Positions 36,257-45,882 of a stretch of DNA of 64,000 bases are shown here, in pieces. Each line of letters opens with the position of its first letter. Position 1 is the stretch's first letter. This DNA is from Candidatus Methanoperedenaceae archaeon (GTDB taxonomy: Archaea; Halobacteriota; Methanosarcinia; Methanosarcinales; Methanoperedenaceae): contig CAVWCX010000007.1 of NCBI GenBank assembly GCA_963753595.1, forward strand, positions 96,001 through 160,000, written 5' to 3'. A program made the translations under genes and the position numbers. The notes under the pieces were generated by a model that was not told where the DNA came from, did not search any database, and saw only the letters and a list, made by a program, of their open reading frames with translations.

Positions 36257-37048
36257 TACCTCATCCATGCTACCGCTCCTGAAACCCATAAGGTCTAGTG
36301 TAACATAAGAAAAACCAAGCCTCTTAAATTCAACAGAAACCGCATCGCGCATCTCCATCAACCGAATCATCTCATCAGGGGTGATCTCAATGCGGGCAAT
36401 CCCGGCATGGTCGCGCACACGTACCACATTGAACCCGCATCCACGAAGAAAATTCTCGGCAGCTCCCACGCGCCTTAAAGCATCAGCCGTGATCGTTTGT
36501 CCATACGGGAAACGGGACGAAAGGCATGCCATTGAAGGCTTATCTGCGACAGATAAACCAAGTTTTCGGGCTATCTCCCTTATCTCTTCTTTTGTGATCT
36601 TAAATTCCACGAAAGGATTATAGATCCCCTCTTCAACCACAGCCCTGTGTCCTGGCCTGCGGTTCTTCAGATCGGAAATATTTGTTCCTTCGAGAATAGT
36701 TTTTATGTCATACTCTGAGGCGATTTTTTTTAGCTCCCTTATGAGTCCCTTTTTGCAATGATAGCATCTATCTACAGGATTTTCTGCAAACCCGGGCTCG
36801 CCAAGTTCATCGTAGTATATCGTTTTATGCGTAATTCCGATCTCTTTCGCTACTGTTTTTGCACGATCAAGCTCACCCGGGGCAAGTGTCTGTGAATCCG
36901 CTGTGACAGCAATTGCCTTTTTTCCAAGTGCCCTGTATGCCAGAGCCGCAAGGACAGAGCTATCCACTCCGCCTGAAAATGCAATAAGAACGCTGCCTTT
37001 TTCTGCAATATCTGCCAGAATAAACTGTATTTTTTCGTCAATTGACAT
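36233..37048 (-). CDS. larE: LarE-family ATP-dependent sacrificial sulfur transferase
   Basis: AFSGGVDS PP-loop, RCYHCK, RPG, KPSMACLSSRFPYG, RVRDH, GFRSGSM. Confidence 0.9.
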   Translation of the reverse strand: MSIDEKIQFILADIAEKGSVLIAFSGGVDSSVLAALAYRALGKKAIAVTADSQTLAPGELDRAKTVAKEIGITHKTIYYDELGEPGFAENPVDRCYHCKKGLIRELKKIASEYDIKTILEGTNISDLKNRRPGHRAVVEEGIYNPFVEFKITKEEIREIARKLGLSVADKPSMACLSSRFPYGQTITADALRRVGAAENFLRGCGFNVVRVRDHAGIARIEITPDEMIRLMEMRDAVSVEFKRLGFSYVTLDLMGFRSGSMDEVLNLLHIS

Positions 37049-37402
37049 TGCAATAATAACAATCCGAAAAGATGTAAGCGTTTCTATAAAACTGATGAAA
37101 CATGCAATATACTGAATAGAACATTTTCCACCTGAAATGAAGGTAAAACAGTAAACATATTTCGAAAGAATGACATTAATGTGCTAAAATCAATATCTAT
37201 TATTCGTGTTAAATCATGAATCGATAGCCTATGGCTGATTTCATGTGCTGTTTTTCCATCATAATAATGAATATCATTATTTAATTTCTCCATTAGAAAT
37301 AAAGGGGTTAAAATAATAATAAAAATGGAAAATGATCAGAAAACAATCAGGAAATATGTTGGAAATATTGACTATTGAAAAAAAAGTATTTTATAAGAAC
37401 AA

Positions 37403-37814
37403 TTATTTCAACAATATTGTAAATGTATGTTTGTGTTCTTCCTCTTCGGCAAGGATCTCTTCAAACAGCAATCTTGTGGTCGAATCTCCTTTTTTTGAAG
37501 CAAAAACAATGATTTTCTTATATAGCTCAATAGCTTCATTTTCTGCTTCAAGATCATGTCTCCACCATCTCTTCAAGCGAACCGCCAACTTTTATGGGTG
37601 TGGGTATTACTGTCGGGATCCCGCCAAGATAAAACAGCCTTTCTGCGATCTTCTCAGCATGCTTCATTTCAACTATAGCAATATCTTCAAAAACGTCCTT
37701 TACTTCAGGGCTTTTCATCCCCATTGCCATCACATGCTGCCACATATACTGGACACTTACACCTATCTCCCTGGCTATCGCTTTATTAAGTAATTCTATT
37801 AATTCACCCGCCAT
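37403..37814 (-). pseudogene. ferritin-like/bacterioferritin gene split by a frameshift near 37560
   Basis: The N-half (E....QY..., EMKHAE) and the C-half (DLEAE..AI..Y, EEEEH) are in different frames. Confidence 0.8.
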
Positions 37815-37862
37815 AATTGATCTATGTATTATTTATTTTGTTCTTATTTAAGGATTGACATT

Positions 37863-38855
37863 TCACTTAATTTCCAATCCTTTCACATTTATCCCTTCTT
37901 CCACGATTTCCCCAACTACTTTTCCACCTAACATCTGTGCCGCATTTTTTGCATCTTTTTTGGGGATTACGACTACAAAACCCATACCCATATTGAATGT
38001 TTTATACATCTCAAGGTCTTCCACATCCCCTTCTTCCTGCAGGAACTTGAATATCGGCTGGGGTTCCAATGGGTCATTGATATCAAATCCGTATTTTGTG
38101 GTGCGGCGAAGTTTCATAAGACCGCTTCCGGTAATATGGGCAAGCCCATGAATATCGAACTTTTTTGCTGCATCCAGTATTTCCATATAGATCCTTGTAG
38201 GTACCAGCAATTCATCCCCTATAGTCGTCTCTTCATTGTATGGAAATGTGTCATGATATGAATGGCCTGCGTCTTTTATGATCCTCCGTACGAGGGAATA
38301 TCCATTACTGTGCACGCCGCTTGATGGTATCCCGACAATGGCATTGCCTATTTCGATCTTTTCTCCTGTGATCACTTTCTCTTTTTTGACCATTCCCATA
38401 CATGTGCCTGCAAGGTCAAAACCATTGATAATATCCGGAAGAGTAGCAGTTTCCCCCCCTACAATGGTCATCCTTGATATTTCGGCACCTTTTGTAAGCC
38501 CTTCCCCGATTTGTCCCATGATCTCCGTATTGGGTTCGTGTATGGCGATGTAATCAACAAATGCAAGAGGTTCAATCCCCATAGCCAGAAGGTCGTTCAC
38601 ATTCATGGCGATACAATCAATCCCGATCGTGTTCCATCTTTTCATCTCGTTTGCGATCAGGACCTTTGAACCCACACCATCTGTAGTCAGTGCAAGAGCA
38701 TATTCCCCAAAATCGATCAGACCCGCATAGTGGCCAACATCGGTTATAGGGGCGCCAATGCCTTTGCGTTTATAGGTAAGCTGTTTTGCAAGGGCAGCTA
38801 TTGCCCGGTTTTCAGTATCGATATCAACGCCTGCTTTTGCATAAGTTAACGCCAT
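37863..38855 (-). CDS. purM: phosphoribosylformylglycinamidine cyclo-ligase
   Basis: YAKAGVD, TDGVGSK, GGETA, SSGVHSNGYSL, AHITG, TFNMGMG. Confidence 0.97.
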   Translation of the reverse strand: MALTYAKAGVDIDTENRAIAALAKQLTYKRKGIGAPITDVGHYAGLIDFGEYALALTTDGVGSKVLIANEMKRWNTIGIDCIAMNVNDLLAMGIEPLAFVDYIAIHEPNTEIMGQIGEGLTKGAEISRMTIVGGETATLPDIINGFDLAGTCMGMVKKEKVITGEKIEIGNAIVGIPSSGVHSNGYSLVRRIIKDAGHSYHDTFPYNEETTIGDELLVPTRIYMEILDAAKKFDIHGLAHITGSGLMKLRRTTKYGFDINDPLEPQPIFKFLQEEGDVEDLEMYKTFNMGMGFVVVIPKKDAKNAAQMLGGKVVGEIVEEGINVKGLEIK

Positions 38856-39223
38856 ACACGCTTCAATAAGAGTGATTGCATAAAGATTTTATGATTGGAT
38901 AGAGCAGGCGTTGGATAGGTGTGTGTGGGAGTGACATAAAAAAATGCCTGCTCATACTTATGATAATTACAATACTATTTAACTATTTTGGTTGGTCGTA
39001 ATAAATACCGATAAAATATATGTATTCTAGAAATAATTGCAAAGCTCTGGTAACGAAATAATTCACAAAAAAGGAAAAATTATTAAACTTACTTTGTGCG
39101 GGTCAAGGGGTAGAGAACGCCCAACGCCTTTAGGCTTAGGCTGAATCGTACCCCTTGGTAGTTATTACTTTCACATCGTCCTATCATAAAAGATATATGT
39201 TCCTTAAAGAATGTCAATGCTGC

Positions 39224-40381
39224 ATGAAAAAAACGTATCAATTCAGGATATACCCGAACAAGAATCAGGAAGTGATACTGAACAGAACCCTCTCTACATG
39301 CAGACGGCTTTATAATAATTCTCTTGCAGAACGGAAACAACAGGCAGAGCTTAACCGATTGAAAAAGGATTTTCAGTTATTCCCGTGGGGTAAACCTGAA
39401 TGGATAAATAAATATGACCAGATGCTTGACCTGACAGCTACCAAAACACCATATCAAAAAGAAGTATTCTCTCAGGTACTCCAAGATGTGATTAAACGAG
39501 TTGACCACAGTTTCAAGAATTTCTTTAAAGGCTTCGGGTATCCCCGGTTTCAGGGACGGGATAGGTATAACAGTTTCACATATCCGCAATCGGGCTTCAA
39601 AATCGAAGATGGAAAACTTAATCTGTCGAAAATCGGAAGTATCAAGATCATCCTGCATAGACCGATTGAAGGCATAATCAAGACCTGTACCATCAAAAAG
39701 GATATTGACCAGTGGTATGTTTCGTTTTCCTGTGAAATTGAAGACCCGATCCCCGTTGAGATCAAGACCAAAACAGGTATTGACGTGGGCTTAATCGACC
39801 TGATAACCCTGAGCAACGGGGAACAGGTCAAACCGCCAAAATTCCTGCGAGAATCAGAGAATAATCTGACACAAGAACAGAAAAGGTTAAGCCGGAAAAA
39901 GCTCAGTTCAAAGAACCGAAATAAGCAGCGGGCGATAGTATCCAGGGTACATAGAAAAATCAGGAATCAAAGAAAAGATTTTGCTCATAAGACCAGCAAG
40001 GTTCTTGTGGATTCCTATGACCGTATCGTGTTTGAAGATTTGCAGATAAAAAACATGGTGCAAAACCATCATTTTGCTAAATCCATCTCCGATGCTGGCT
40101 GGTATCAATTAATGCAATTCACAAAATCCAAGGCAGAATGTGCCGGGAAAATAGTTGAATTCGTTAATCCCACAGGAACATCTCAGACCTGTATTTGCGG
40201 TTTCCGTGTCCCGAAAGACCTTTCAATGAGGGTACATAGTTGTCCTTCCTGTGGTCTTGTCATGGGAAGAGATCAGGTGTCTGCAATATTAATCGAGAAT
40301 AGATGTACGGTAGGAACTACCGGAATTTACGCCCGTCAAGGATATCTCAGCGGAGTATCAATGCAGCGGGACGCTCCGTGA
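39224..40381 (+). CDS. tnpB: TnpB RNA-guided endonuclease
   Basis: KTYQFRIYP HTH, RuvC GIDVG, VFEDL, TSQTC.CG...CPSCG..RD..SA. Confidence 0.93.
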   Translation: MKKTYQFRIYPNKNQEVILNRTLSTCRRLYNNSLAERKQQAELNRLKKDFQLFPWGKPEWINKYDQMLDLTATKTPYQKEVFSQVLQDVIKRVDHSFKNFFKGFGYPRFQGRDRYNSFTYPQSGFKIEDGKLNLSKIGSIKIILHRPIEGIIKTCTIKKDIDQWYVSFSCEIEDPIPVEIKTKTGIDVGLIDLITLSNGEQVKPPKFLRESENNLTQEQKRLSRKKLSSKNRNKQRAIVSRVHRKIRNQRKDFAHKTSKVLVDSYDRIVFEDLQIKNMVQNHHFAKSISDAGWYQLMQFTKSKAECAGKIVEFVNPTGTSQTCICGFRVPKDLSMRVHSCPSCGLVMGRDQVSAILIENRCTVGTTGIYARQGYLSGVSMQRDAP

Positions 40382-40386
40382 CTTTA

Positions 40387-42117
40387 GAGGCTGTCCGATA
40401 ATTAACTGAAAAACTCTCCGATTTTTCCATAATTCCAAATTATAATCAAGCCCATTGCTTGCGAAATAATTTCAAAACATTTATATCATACAAATACAGT
40501 TTTTAAATAAATATGACTTTCTATAAAGACCTCAAAGACCAGGAACTGCTCTTACCTCCAAACATTCGTGATATGATACCAAAAAATCACATCTGCCATC
40601 TGGTTGATAAAATAATCCAGAATATGGATCTATCTGATATCGAAAAGGAATACGAAGGAGCAGGACACCCCGCATATCATCCAAAACTCATCCTCAAGCT
40701 TCTGATATTGGGTCAAATAGATGGAGTATGTTCATCAAGGATAATAGCAAAAAATGCTAGAGAGAACGTGGTATACATTTACCTTGCAGGTCTTCTCCAA
40801 CCTGATTTCAGGACGATAAGCGACTTTCGGAAAAACAATCTTGAAATGGTCAAATCATCATTTCATGAAGTTGTAAAATTCGCAAAAGATCTTGGCATGG
40901 TATCTCTTGGTCACATATGCATTGATGGAACAAAAATAAAAGCCAATGCATCAAATCACAGTGCAGTAACAAAAGATGATTTTTTAAAATTGAAGGAACT
41001 CGTTGAAAGAGAACTGGAAGAAGGCATCAGAATAGACGAGGAAGAGGACAGGATCCATGGTGATAAGAATATCGATGAGCTGCCAGATAACATCTTTGAC
41101 AAAACGATAGCGGAAAAATTGAAAGAGAAATATCAGTCAGGGAGCAAAGAACAAAAAGAAAAAATCAAGAAACAGGTTGATAAGATCGAAAAAGAAATCG
41201 AAAAATCAGAGAGTGCCATCAGTGCTACTGATCCTGAAAGCAGGTTCATGCCAAATAACAAGAAGGTCACTGAATATTCCTATAATCCTCAGATAACAGC
41301 GGATTCTTCTTTTGGGATAATCATTTCCAACGATGTCACGTCAGAGGTAAGGGATGCAAATCAGCTTCAGCCTCAGATAATACAGGCAGAAGAGAATGTT
41401 GGAACCCTTCCGGAAGGTACGAAGGTGAGTGCTGATAATGGATATTCAAGCAGCAAGAATCTCAAATTCATGAAGAAAAAAAAGCTGGATGGCTATATCC
41501 CGGATGAAAAAACGGCATCAAACCTGAACAAAAATGAAGGAAAACCAGAAAACCCATTCGGTAAAGAGAATTTCGATTATGACCCGATAGAAGATTGTTT
41601 CATTTGCCCCAATAATCAGAAACTGACGTTCCGTTTTGAGTATGTGGATATTGCCAAAAACAGAAATGTGTGGATTTATAAAGGCACTCAGTGTAAGCAA
41701 TGTCCTGATCGTAAAAAATGTTCAAAGAACTCTCGGGATGGAAAAGTGATCAAGAATTATGAGGGAATGGAAGAGGAAAGAAGGAAGATGGCTTCTAAAT
41801 TGATGTCAAAAGAGGGAGCATTGACATATCAGACGAGGAAAAAGGTCGTGGAGTGCATCTTTGGTCATATCAAGAGGAATCTTGGGTTCAGGGAATTTCT
41901 GTTGAGAGGGATTAATGGGGCGAAAATTGAGTTCAATCTTACCTGCATTGCTTCAAACCTGAGAAGAATGTGGAACTTTTTGAATGGATTTATTGAAGTA
42001 AGATGTTAAATTGGAGAAGAAGTATCGTTTTTTTTTTGTTTGTCTGAAAAATTAGGCAATTATTGCTGTAACATTGCTTGAATAAACTGTATTTGATATC
42101 AAATGTCGGTCAACCTC
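40387..42117 (+). mobile_element. IS1182-family insertion sequence with 5-bp TSD CTTTA
   Basis: Imperfect TIRs GAGGCTGTCCGATAATT / AAATGTCGGTCAACCTC. CTTTA at 40382-40386 and 42118-42122. Confidence 0.85.
40513..42009 (+). CDS. IS1182-family DDE transposase
   Basis: GHPAYHP, PDFRTISDFRK, IDGTKIKANAS, TDPESRFM, YNPQ, ADNGY, RKKVVECIFGHIK. Confidence 0.95.
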   Translation: MTFYKDLKDQELLLPPNIRDMIPKNHICHLVDKIIQNMDLSDIEKEYEGAGHPAYHPKLILKLLILGQIDGVCSSRIIAKNARENVVYIYLAGLLQPDFRTISDFRKNNLEMVKSSFHEVVKFAKDLGMVSLGHICIDGTKIKANASNHSAVTKDDFLKLKELVERELEEGIRIDEEEDRIHGDKNIDELPDNIFDKTIAEKLKEKYQSGSKEQKEKIKKQVDKIEKEIEKSESAISATDPESRFMPNNKKVTEYSYNPQITADSSFGIIISNDVTSEVRDANQLQPQIIQAEENVGTLPEGTKVSADNGYSSSKNLKFMKKKKLDGYIPDEKTASNLNKNEGKPENPFGKENFDYDPIEDCFICPNNQKLTFRFEYVDIAKNRNVWIYKGTQCKQCPDRKKCSKNSRDGKVIKNYEGMEEERRKMASKLMSKEGALTYQTRKKVVECIFGHIKRNLGFREFLLRGINGAKIEFNLTCIASNLRRMWNFLNGFIEVRC

Positions 42118-42134
42118 CTTTAGCCCGGAGCAGT

Positions 42135-42794
42135 TCACAGGAATCCCAGTGTATCTTCTATACGGCTAATCTCAGGGCTGGTGGTTTCTTCGCCCACCAC
42201 ATAGCCTTTTACATTGGCAAGAAGCCCGGAACCAACAAGAGGTGAGCCAAAATTAACCGTCCCGATATTGACTGGTAATTTGAACAGCTCTTCAATTACC
42301 GAAATCTCAGCAGGGCTGGATTTAGGATGCACGAGTACACCTTTGTTCGTGGCTATACCTGCCATTCCCACGGTCTTTAAACCGCCAAGAGTGCCTCGCT
42401 GGACTTCGACACCGAGAGTTTTCTGAATTATCTTAATGGACTTTTCTGAGAGATCCGGATGAACAAGGGCTGCCGTATCATTGGCTAAAATAAGATTTCC
42501 TGCTGCGTTATGCTCTTCAGTCAACCTTGCTGCCTTGATATGTTTCCTTATGGCCCTGATCTCTTTTTCCAGGACAAAGCCTGCTACCATCATCCCGTTA
42601 TTGTTTCCCCGCATAAGTGAACCCAGAATGGCACTTCCGCTTATTGCAGTGCGGCAGGCTACAACGCCCAGTGATTCTTCCAATTCCCCTATGGTTTCGG
42701 CAGATGTATCATAAGGTACAAATACAAATTCATCTGTACATGTTGCAAAAACGCCCAGTACGGGGCTCCCTGAAATATTTAATTTACGTTTCAA
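42135..42794 (-). CDS. eif6: translation initiation factor 6 (aIF6)
   Basis: GNLILAND..ALVHP, ATNKGVLVHP, GTVNFGSP.VGSG, TT.PEI.RIE. Confidence 0.95.
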   Translation of the reverse strand: MKRKLNISGSPVLGVFATCTDEFVFVPYDTSAETIGELEESLGVVACRTAISGSAILGSLMRGNNNGMMVAGFVLEKEIRAIRKHIKAARLTEEHNAAGNLILANDTAALVHPDLSEKSIKIIQKTLGVEVQRGTLGGLKTVGMAGIATNKGVLVHPKSSPAEISVIEELFKLPVNIGTVNFGSPLVGSGLLANVKGYVVGEETTSPEISRIEDTLGFL

Positions 42795-42812
42795 TTATGC
42801 CCCAAAAAAAAA

Positions 42813-43076
42813 TTATTCCTGGGCGAGTTCGGCCTGAACGCCGCCGGCTTCGAACTTGACCGCCCTTACTCTTAATTTTAACGGCGGTTTCATTGAGCCT
42901 CTCTCCCAGAGTTTCTCGTTGATGGTCTTATCGATCTTGACCTCGTCAAGGTCGGTCTTCAGGTGTTTTCCGAGGTATGCTCTTACTTTCCTGACTGCGC
43001 ATTCTGCTCTCTTCCAGCGCGGGACTTTCCTTGCATCCGAAAGGGGAATAGTATAAATTCTTTCAATATCTGCCAT
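42813..43076 (-). CDS. rpl31e: 50S ribosomal protein L31e
   Basis: [29 protein letters not shown]. The start could alternatively be GTG 43085. Confidence 0.95.
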   Translation of the reverse strand: MADIERIYTIPLSDARKVPRWKRAECAVRKVRAYLGKHLKTDLDEVKIDKTINEKLWERGSMKPPLKLRVRAVKFEAGGVQAELAQE

Positions 43077-43086
43077 AATAATCACT

Positions 43087-43239
43087 TTAAACCTTGAGTG
43101 TGCTTCTTCTCCAGTTGCGTCTCTTTGGGTGGGTCATTACATTTCTCTTGGTCTTTACGATAACCCATGCCGGGAGGCGCTGGTTCTGGTTCTGGTGTTT
43201 TGCCAGTCGTTTCTTCTTTGCTTTTGTCCTTTGAGTCAT
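43087..43239 (-). CDS. rpl39e: 50S ribosomal protein L39e
   Basis: Manual translation [50 protein letters not shown]; canonical order L39e-L31e-aIF6. Confidence 0.95.
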   Translation of the reverse strand: MTQRTKAKKKRLAKHQNQNQRLPAWVIVKTKRNVMTHPKRRNWRRSTLKV

Positions 43240-43358
43240 AAGAATTCACCGAATAATCTAGAATTGGAATACCCTGTACGTCTTGATACATTGATAAAGC
43301 TTTTGGATACCTATTTATACCCTCCTGCCATCTAAAATCCTCTTGAGGGTGATATGAT

Positions 43359-44633
43359 ATGGAAAAAACATCAAAGATATCAGGTTTTTATAAGCAAAGC
43401 CCGGAAGAAAGGCTCAGGATAGTATCCGAATTCTCGGGGCTCTTAGAAGAAGAAGCATCATGCATAGGTGCAACTGGCGCTCTTTCACTTGATGCTGCTG
43501 ACAGAATGGTGGAAAACCTCATTGGAATTATGGAAGTGCCGATGGGTGTTGCGGTGAATTTCCAGATAAACGGCAGGGATTATCTCATTCCCATGGCAAT
43601 TGAGGAACCATCAGTGATAGCCGCAGCGAGCAATGCAGCGAAAATGGCGCGGGAAGGCGGGGGTTTCACAACGAGCAGCACCGGTCCGGTAATGATGGGC
43701 CAGATACAGGCAGTCGGGATAAAAGACCCAAATGGCGCCAGATTGAACATTCTTGAGAAAAAAGATGAGATCATAAGGCGCGCGAACGAGGTTGACCCGA
43801 TACTTGTTAAATTCGGCGGCGGCGCAAAGGATGTTGAAGTCCGGGTGATAGATACGCCTTCAGGGAAAATGGTCATCACGCACCTTGTAGTGGATTGCAG
43901 GGATGCCATGGGCGCAAATGCCGTGAATACGATGGCTGAAACAGTGGCTCCTTATATTGAAGAACTCACCGGAGGGCGCGTATATCTTCGTATTATTTCA
44001 AATTTTGCAGATAAACGTTTGATGAGGGCAAAAGCGGTTTTCCCAAAAGAGACTATCGGGGGAGAAGATGTTGTTGACGGTATCCTTGCAGCATATCATT
44101 TCGCGGCAGGCGATCCATACAGGGCGGCAACTCATAACAAAGGTATCATGAACGGGGTTTCAGCAGCAGTGCTTGCTACAGGTAACGATACAAGGGCAAT
44201 AGAAGCAGGGGCGCATGTTTATGCATCACGAAGCGGAGTTTACCGGCCCCTTTCGTGTTATGAGAAAAATGCAAATAATGATCTTGTTGCAACAATAGAA
44301 ATGCCAATGGCCGTAGGTCTTGTAGGCGGGGCGACGAAAACAAATCCGATAGCGCGTGCTGCTGTAAAGATCCTTGGCGTAAAGTCAGCAACAGAAATGG
44401 GTGAAGTATTTGCAGCCCTTGGTCTTGCCCAGAATTTTGCAGCAATGCGTGCACTTGCCACAGAAGGCATCCAGAGAGGACATATGGGGCTTCATTCAAG
44501 GAATGTAGCCATCCAGGCAGGCGCCACTGGTGATCTGGTTGATAAAATAGCAGAAATAATGGTCAGGGAAAAGAAGGTAAGGGCGGACAGGGCAAAGGAA
44601 CTGCTGGATGAGATGATAGAAAAAAGGAAATAG
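43359..44633 (+). CDS. mvaA: hydroxymethylglutaryl-CoA reductase, class II type
   Basis: ENLIG, EEPSVIAAAS, DAMGAN, RAATHNKGIMNG, GNDTRAIEAGAH, EGIQRGHM.LH. Confidence 0.9.
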   Translation: MEKTSKISGFYKQSPEERLRIVSEFSGLLEEEASCIGATGALSLDAADRMVENLIGIMEVPMGVAVNFQINGRDYLIPMAIEEPSVIAAASNAAKMAREGGGFTTSSTGPVMMGQIQAVGIKDPNGARLNILEKKDEIIRRANEVDPILVKFGGGAKDVEVRVIDTPSGKMVITHLVVDCRDAMGANAVNTMAETVAPYIEELTGGRVYLRIISNFADKRLMRAKAVFPKETIGGEDVVDGILAAYHFAAGDPYRAATHNKGIMNGVSAAVLATGNDTRAIEAGAHVYASRSGVYRPLSCYEKNANNDLVATIEMPMAVGLVGGATKTNPIARAAVKILGVKSATEMGEVFAALGLAQNFAAMRALATEGIQRGHMGLHSRNVAIQAGATGDLVDKIAEIMVREKKVRADRAKELLDEMIEKRK

Positions 44634-44806
44634 GCTGATTCAGGGGTCAGTCGTCAAAATAAAGGATTGCGCTATTAACGAAATTTGCCTCATCCGAAGC
44701 AATATCTGATAGCGCATACCTGGTCAGGTTGGCAAGTAAACTGCATCAGCTTAACACTATAAAAATATTTTGTTCAAGAATTAGCAATTATTGACAGGCT
44801 TGAACT

Positions 44807-44896
44807 TCACTTTGCCCCAAATCCGCCGCGAAGAAACCTCTGGAGGTCTTCTTCATCGTCATTATCCTGATATTTATGTGTTTTTTCTTCATCCAT
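44807..44896 (-). CDS. 29-aa acidic micro-ORF
   Basis: MDEEKTHKYQDNDDEEDLQRFLRGGFGAK; starts 1 nt after the stop of the upstream Zn-finger ORF. Confidence 0.35.
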   Translation of the reverse strand: MDEEKTHKYQDNDDEEDLQRFLRGGFGAK

Positions 44897-44897
44897 T

Positions 44898-45053
44898 TTA
44901 ATTTTCCAATCCCAACAGATTGTCCTCTATAGTAAAAGCGCCCCTGCCACAGTCGATACATGAAACCATTGCAATTCCCTTAATGAAATCGGCGCTTCTT
45001 AACGGTATTGACTGTTTGCAATTCGGGCATACATATTGTTTCTCGGTGATCAT
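44898..45053 (-). CDS. 51-aa CPxC/CxxC zinc-finger micro-protein
   Basis: MITEKQYVCPNCKQ...SCIDCGRG; GGTGG RBS-like sequence upstream. Confidence 0.6.
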   Translation of the reverse strand: MITEKQYVCPNCKQSIPLRSADFIKGIAMVSCIDCGRGAFTIEDNLLGLEN

Positions 45054-45178
45054 ATCAACCACCAGACATAATCCCGGTTATTTTCAGAGTTCATTTCATG
45101 CTCGCTTTTCCGGAATTTATTTACTTTACCCTCATGGCTATTTCCCTCTAATTCTCCTCTGCCATCATTCTTGATCAT
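45050..45178 (-). CDS. 42-aa micro-ORF
   Basis: MIKNDGRG...DYVWWLI; its stop overlaps the next start (ATGA). Confidence 0.3.
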   Translation of the reverse strand: MIKNDGRGELEGNSHEGKVNKFRKSEHEMNSENNRDYVWWLI

Positions 45179-45409
45179 AACTACTCATATCTTTTTGTTT
45201 TGTTCATAATCCCGCGATTCTGTGACAAAAGTGCCACATGACTAAGATCCGATATCAACCCGTAATGCTTCCTGTTTTTTAGATTACAGGGAGATAACAG
45301 TACCATCATAATGATTATAATAATATAAAAGGCTTTCGCAGTTTATTGCTGATAATCTCACCTCACAAAGAGGGCTGAAATACTGCATAAACGCAGAGGA
45401 CTACAATTA

Positions 45410-45871
45410 TCATTTATCTTTTTTTCTATGCCCGAAACGGGATGATCCAAGAGGCTTGAAACCATCAATAAGTCCGGGCATCTCTGTATTTCCTGCCTGT
45501 TTTACAAGATCCGGAAAATCATTCAACCCTGGCTTTCTTTGTGAATGCAGTATCCTAAACTCTTCGATTTCATCATGATCGATTTTTATCTCAGAAACAT
45601 TTACCTTTTTCACAACATCAGCAGCTTTTTCAGCAGCTTCACTATCACTGCCCTTGTCCCTGCTTTTCTTACCGTTTAATTTGCCATCCTGGTAATGGAT
45701 TTCAGGAGATTTTATACCCAGCTTAAGGGCACGCTCCGCAAGAGTATTATATTCTCGTATTACCCAGCCAATTTCTGAGTGGCTTTTGAATCCCACTTCA
45801 AAGCCAAGCTCATATATTTTCTTTATCAGTTCAGCCCTCTCTTTTTCCATTTTTGTATCGGTAATACCCAA
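45410..45871 (-). CDS. hypothetical protein coupled to the KaiC-like ATPase
   Basis: 153-aa ORF 11 nt downstream of the ATPase, with RBS; YELGFEVG...HSEIGWV motif. Confidence 0.7.
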   Translation of the reverse strand: MGITDTKMEKERAELIKKIYELGFEVGFKSHSEIGWVIREYNTLAERALKLGIKSPEIHYQDGKLNGKKSRDKGSDSEAAEKAADVVKKVNVSEIKIDHDEIEEFRILHSQRKPGLNDFPDLVKQAGNTEMPGLIDGFKPLGSSRFGHRKKDK

Positions 45872-45882
45872 AACCTCCTTGT

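Larger units (their letters stand above)
39093..42138 (+). mobile_element. IS200/IS605-family tnpB-only element, interrupted at its right end by IS1182
   Basis: Left-end hairpin AAGGGGTA...TACCCCTT follows TTAC (39089-39092). The right end, GCTCCGTGACTTTA|GCCCGGAGCAGTTCAC, is restored when the IS1182 is removed. Confidence 0.75.

Noticed and set aside
37084-37293. 69-aa AT-rich ORF
   Set aside because: No recognisable motif or RBS; likely spurious.
43082-43291. 69-aa ORF from the track
   Set aside because: Wrong frame; the real gene here is rpl39e (43087-43239).
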